Source: a virus (Duplodnaviria > Caudoviricetes). From it: a stretch of 64,000 nt of DNA. The notes under the pieces were generated by a model, which was given only the letters and a program-made list of their open reading frames with translations, searched no databases and was not told the DNA's origin. A program made the position numbers and the translations under genes. The stretch is taken from the IMG/VR virus record IMGVR_UViG_3300029305_003084; one strand, 5' to 3'. Shown in pieces: positions 58,910 through 64,000 of the stretch. Each line of letters starts with the position of its first letter. Position 1 is the stretch's first letter.

Positions 58910-61153
58910 TTAATAACCTTCGTTTGAATTATTACCGGATTTATTTATTTTTGACTCAGCATCTTCTTTTGCAAGTTCTAATTTGGCATTTCTATATTCT
59001 TCATCTACCATAGTCCAATCAATCATAGGTAACATTTTACGGAATAGTCTATTGTATAGTCTATCCTTTAATCTATTATCATCATTAGATTGATCAGCAG
59101 ATTCACCAGTAGATGCTTTAATTGCAGCATTAACAACAACATCTGTATTATTAATTAAGTCACCTAAGTTGTTAGTATTGAGTGTCTTAGGAGTATTGAA
59201 TTTAAATTCAAAAGAATCGATAGCTTCCTCAGAAATACTAATATTAGAATGCTTAATTAATAATTTATATAATTGAGTAGTGGGTTCATTTAAGTCAATC
59301 TGAAGACTAATGACACGAGCTAAGAATTTTGAGTTTGCCATAACAAGGGTTTTTGCGTAATCTGCCTCATTAATGAAATTCATAATGACTGAAGGACAAC
59401 CAGTACCATTTACCATGTTCTGATGTAACATTTCCATTAAATCAGTATTTAAAGGAATATCTTGACCAGATAAAATGTCAAATTCAATACCTCGTTCACC
59501 ACTACGACCAGTAGGAATAAACAATTCTTTATTAGCACCAATTTTTGAAATAATTGAATTATAATTCAATAAGTCCATAAAATTAATTTGTCTACCCTTA
59601 ATAGATCTTGCAACTTCCTGAACTTTATTCGTGATATTTTGATCAATGCCACTATTTTTAATATAATATACACGAGTATCATTACTCTTAGTAATAATAC
59701 TAATCATTTTAAATACTAATAATGCTAGATATAACTTAGCGTAAAATAATGAATCCTTTAAAATAGATTGACCTTCACCGTTTTCATCCTCATTAATATT
59801 GTATTCTACAACATATTCTGCAGGAATGAATTGGAATCGTAATTCTCTTTTATATAGATCATTATACATTAGAGCATTTAAAATGAGTTCTTTAAACTTA
59901 GCATTAGTTTCTAAGAATTTTTTATCAAAAGATTTTACAATTTTATCTGTAATTTTAGATAAGAATACGGTTTCAATATCCTCTGTATTCTGATATGTAC
60001 CACTACCACCTCTTATATTAGTTACAGTAATTGTAGTAGAAAAAGGTGATTTGTTAATCTGGAAATCAGTACCATGTACGTAATAATAACCAATAGTAGT
60101 ATCTAAAATTTTAACAGGAATCATTTGTCTTGGATCAATATATTTAATATAACATCCAGAATATTCATCGAACTTATCAGATTTAGTCTTTTTTGTGTTA
60201 TTTAAATCAACTGTACCGTCTGATGTTGTTGGTTCAAGATTTTCAGTATATTCTGATGTTTTCTTTTTAAATTGTCTATGATCCATTAATTCAGCTAAAT
60301 CGACACCTTCAATTAAAGGAATTGATACACAATCATTAATGACATTAATATCTTTTGTAATATCATTAACAGTTTCTGTTAATGATTTTTCATTAATATT
60401 TGTTTTACTAATAACATCATCAGATCTCAATGACTTAATGAAATCGTCATCAATAGACTCTTTTACATTAAACATGTAGTGTGGATCTTTATTTTTTTTA
60501 TCATATTGCTCTTGGAAAAGTTTAGAATATGGACATACATATACATAGTATTTACCATATGTCAAAACATTAGGAACAATTTGATTTTTTATCTTAGTCA
60601 ATAATTTAAGCTTCTTTTCTAAAGTTTCAATTGTATTGACATATGATGCTTGTTGCTCTGCATTATCAATTAAATTAGAGAATGATAAAGTTCGTGAAAC
60701 ATCATTTGATATATCATCAGCAGTAACAATAGCATCTCGGAATGATAATACTGCTTCTTTCAATTCAAACAACTGAGTTTTAATCATATTTAAATCTTCA
60801 TATAAAAGATTCTGATTCTGATATCGTTGTTGGAAGAATTGGAATAACCCTGCTTCATCATTTTCAAAAATATCGTTGATTGTTTTTACATTCGACTTCT
60901 CTTTATTATCAAAATCATTAAATAATTTAACAATAAATGTACTCATCTCATCCGAGGTAATACTCTTAGTATTGTTAATCTCATTTTTAATGATTTCATC
61001 AAAATCTCGTGAAATTTGATTTATTTGACGCTGGTTTCTATTATCTGTTCCATAGATATTAGAAGATAATGTATCGATAGATTGATTGAATAGATTATTC
61101 AATCCAATTATTTTCTTTTTTGACTTCTGTTCGTCTTTATTTTCTTTAGCCAA
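58910..61153 (-). CDS. portal protein
   Basis: TTG start after AGGAGG; YIDPRQMIPV, RVYYI, FIPTG, GTGCPS...SKF; late motif at 61196-61207. Confidence 0.7.
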   Translation of the reverse strand: MAKENKDEQKSKKKIIGLNNLFNQSIDTLSSNIYGTDNRNQRQINQISRDFDEIIKNEINNTKSITSDEMSTFIVKLFNDFDNKEKSNVKTINDIFENDEAGLFQFFQQRYQNQNLLYEDLNMIKTQLFELKEAVLSFRDAIVTADDISNDVSRTLSFSNLIDNAEQQASYVNTIETLEKKLKLLTKIKNQIVPNVLTYGKYYVYVCPYSKLFQEQYDKKNKDPHYMFNVKESIDDDFIKSLRSDDVISKTNINEKSLTETVNDITKDINVINDCVSIPLIEGVDLAELMDHRQFKKKTSEYTENLEPTTSDGTVDLNNTKKTKSDKFDEYSGCYIKYIDPRQMIPVKILDTTIGYYYVHGTDFQINKSPFSTTITVTNIRGGSGTYQNTEDIETVFLSKITDKIVKSFDKKFLETNAKFKELILNALMYNDLYKRELRFQFIPAEYVVEYNINEDENGEGQSILKDSLFYAKLYLALLVFKMISIITKSNDTRVYYIKNSGIDQNITNKVQEVARSIKGRQINFMDLLNYNSIISKIGANKELFIPTGRSGERGIEFDILSGQDIPLNTDLMEMLHQNMVNGTGCPSVIMNFINEADYAKTLVMANSKFLARVISLQIDLNEPTTQLYKLLIKHSNISISEEAIDSFEFKFNTPKTLNTNNLGDLINNTDVVVNAAIKASTGESADQSNDDNRLKDRLYNRLFRKMLPMIDWTMVDEEYRNAKLELAKEDAESKINKSGNNSNEGY

Positions 61154-61262
61154 AACTAGTACCCTCCTTTTCAACCATCTATCTGCATATTAATTTATAT
61201 AGATGTTTAAATGATGCATAAATACTAAAAAAATAAAAGCGGGAAATAAATCCCGCTTTTAT

Positions 61263-61871
61263 TTAAAATTTAATACACTGATAGATATGGTTAGATACTA
61301 ATACTTTTCTATCAACTTTAATATGCATACGGAATACATTAGAAAGTGAATCGTCATAAAAGCGAATTTGTACTTTATGAGATTTCTTTAATCCTGGAAT
61401 TATTTTTCTAGAAATTCTAGACATATATTGGTCACATTTAAGATCAAGAATCTTATTTTTTGTTAAATCATAAATGTCGTCTTCACTTAAATTGATAATA
61501 TAGTGAGATTCATTGAATTGTTGTACAAATGTAAGCATTCTTATACATGACCAATCATATTTATTTAATTCAGCAAATGTATATCCAAATGGTTTATTAT
61601 TAATATAGAACATTTCGTTCTTATATTCATATTCACTGATATCTTTTCGTCCAGTTTTTAATAATTCATATAAATCTCTAGAGTCAAAGCCTTGAATTAC
61701 AGGTTCATTATATAAATTAAATCCACAATCAATATAATGCTTACCAATAAGATTATTATCACCAATGACAAGATTATTATTCATAAACATGTAGTTATCA
61801 AATATATTCTTTGCCTCTTGATTAAAGTCATAGATTTGTTTAACTTGTCCTTTTACGAAATTAATTTTCAT
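61263..61871 (-). CDS. hypothetical protein downstream of DNA polymerase
   Basis: GAGGG SD; terminator 61231-61264. Confidence 0.65.
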   Translation of the reverse strand: MKINFVKGQVKQIYDFNQEAKNIFDNYMFMNNNLVIGDNNLIGKHYIDCGFNLYNEPVIQGFDSRDLYELLKTGRKDISEYEYKNEMFYINNKPFGYTFAELNKYDWSCIRMLTFVQQFNESHYIINLSEDDIYDLTKNKILDLKCDQYMSRISRKIIPGLKKSHKVQIRFYDDSLSNVFRMHIKVDRKVLVSNHIYQCIKF

Positions 61872-61883
61872 ATAATTGCCCTC

Positions 61884-64000
61884 TTATTCAATATCAATTT
61901 CAATTGGATCACCAATAAATAACTTCTTTACATAATCAATAATGAATCTCTTTCTAGGTTTGATTTTAAATTCTTTACGGAAATCTTCTTGTACGGTATT
62001 AACATCAGGAAGATTAAACCATTTATGAGCAACAGAAAGTACATCTCCCGTTAAATAGTTATCCATAAAGTCTTTACCACTATCATAACCCATATTTAAA
62101 GTATTAACTTCATCTTCATCATCTTCGTCATCATCATTATCTACTCGATCAACAATCTTATCATCAACAAACATATGACCATAAGTGTCTTCAGTTATAC
62201 TAGGAATAATTAATTTACCTATCATACTACAACGTTCAATATTATGTGCAATGATAATATGCGGATACATCGAGCTGAAATCCATATCGATAACATTATC
62301 GAATACATACATTGAAGGCATACCGAATAATTTATATCCAGTATGTGAATTTAGTAAGGGATTACCAACCACCGCACCAGTGAAGCCACTTTCTGCATCA
62401 GGAGTAAAAATATTGACATTATTACCTAGTATATATCCTTGCAAAATATATTCATAATAAGCCCTTGACTTGAGCATCGTTTATGTTCACATAAGGTCGT
62501 TAATCTTATGCCGTTCTCTTATGAACTGCTATATGTTACCATATAGACCAGACTATATCATCATCTCAATATTGAGATGTCTCCCATTTCCACTCACTTG
62601 AGTGTACGTCTTTCGACTAGTCGTTGAACCTTCTCTTATGATTAAGAGCTTGGCTGCTGATTGTCTCAATTGAGAGTTTCCAGCAATTAAAGAGATTTGC
62701 AATATATGTCACCATATAATGGGTCTATACATTAAACCGTTTCTTTGAATATATTATCAGGACTTGTACAGTTTGCACTAAAACGAATATATAAATTTTC
62801 TATATCATTTACCTTTCGCTCAATGCCCATCTGTAATAAGGTATCCTTAATGTTATAAGCAACAAACTTGCGATAATTAATATAAGGAAGTGTTTTAATA
62901 TTTGCTTCATCGGTATAGTCAAGCTTTGTATCTTTTAATTCTTTTTCTGCTATATAATTAAGAGCATTAGAACGAAGTTCCATTTGTCCTTTTCTTGTAG
63001 CAGCATAAAGAATCATTTGATCAATAAATTTTGTATATCCAGATATTTTAAAACTGGAAGATTTATTTTTAACTGCATAGTTTTTTGTATCAATATGCAT
63101 GTTATATTCTTTATATCTGAAATCTGGATGACACATTACACTAGTTGGATCAAGATTTAATACCTTTAATCTTTCAATAATATATGGAAGGTCAAACCCA
63201 AATCCGTTATACACTAGACAATAATCACGTTTAAGAGTATTAATCAATCGAAACACATTTATGATAAGATCTCTCTCATCATTATACATATATATCTTAT
63301 AATCTAAATAACCATAAGACTCATCAAACATATCATGTAACTCAACTACAAAATTATCAATATCAGCAACAAATTCTTTAATTAATGGATTATTTTCATT
63401 ATTTAAAAGGAATGTATAAACTGTTTTTCCTTCATCATCAACAACTGATACTGCATTGATTGGACATTCACCTTTTGTCGGAACACCAATATGATCAATG
63501 ATATCAACCTCGATATCTAGATATGTCTTTGTAATTGGTTTATTTAAATCATTTTCATAATTCAAATGCCACATGATTCGATACCATGTATCAATTGGTA
63601 TATCTGAACCAAATACATAAGGATATGATTGAATTCTAGATAATTCCCGATACTGTTTTGTATCAATCAATCTTTTTAGTTCATTTACATACTCTTCACC
63701 TGCTTGTTTTGCAATATACCAGGGAAGACCTTTAAATTGACAAGTGTGTTTTTCACATTTCGAAATTTCCATATGTGTCTTATTATATGTATAATTTCGA
63801 TATTCATTTTTTAAGAAATATATTTCTATTTCAGGATTCAAAATACTTTTTAAGTGTTTTTCTCCTGTTTTTAAATCTTTATATATAATATCAATACAGT
63901 CTACTCTATCATTATCTTTATTTGGTCTATGATAAATTACATCTAGTAACATAAGAGAATCTTTATTTGGTATGTTTCCTAGAAAATCCATACAATACAC
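61884..64000 (-). CDS. family B DNA polymerase N-terminal subunit (exonuclease plus motif A), spliced: exons 64000-62735 and 62477-61884; start may lie beyond the window edge
   Basis: YLDIEVD, YNGFGFDLPYI, YNIKD exonuclease motifs; FTGAVV and DFSSMYP. Confidence 0.85.
62478..62734 (-). mobile_element. group I intron in DNA polymerase (no ORF)
   Basis: P1 GGUU/GACC, core and 3' end nearly identical to terL introns; splicing gives KETV|MLKS. Confidence 0.9.

Noticed and set aside
1-64000. tRNA, rRNA, IS elements, reverse transcriptase, recombinase
   Set aside because: No recognisable signatures by eye; a covariance-model and HMM scan is needed to exclude them formally

Overview
Very AT-rich (roughly 25-30% GC by eye) segment of a jumbo myophage of the phiKZ/AR9-like supergroup, probably infecting an anaerobic Firmicute (inference from the class III RNR, strong AGGAGG-type SDs and clostridial-type tail modules). 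Core genes: nrdD (1 group I intron with an HNH gene), phiKZ-type terminase (2 group I introns, one with an HNH gene), N-terminal half of a family B DNA polymerase (1 group I intron), prohead protease, probable major capsid with a C-terminal Ig-like domain, sheath, tube, portal, holin, a stand-alone RNAP beta-prime C-terminal-like protein and a Tad2-like protein. Two promoter motifs separate early genes (TATATTAT) from late genes (AACA-N6-TA). The most unusual region is 17.6-36.1 kb. It is an array of about 18 tail-fibre/receptor-binding-like genes in both orientations. Most begin with a related short N-terminal peptide. They are separated by stereotyped perfect palindromes: four 56-bp elements, each between divergent genes; four 35-38-bp elements touching the SD; and a family of long AGAGATATA hairpins. 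The array also shows domain shuffling, one triply frameshifted gene and DGR-target-like proteins, but no recombinase or RT in the window. A family of short YD-repeat-like proteins lies at 11.9-17.6 kb. All product names come from motif recognition by eye; no database searches were run.
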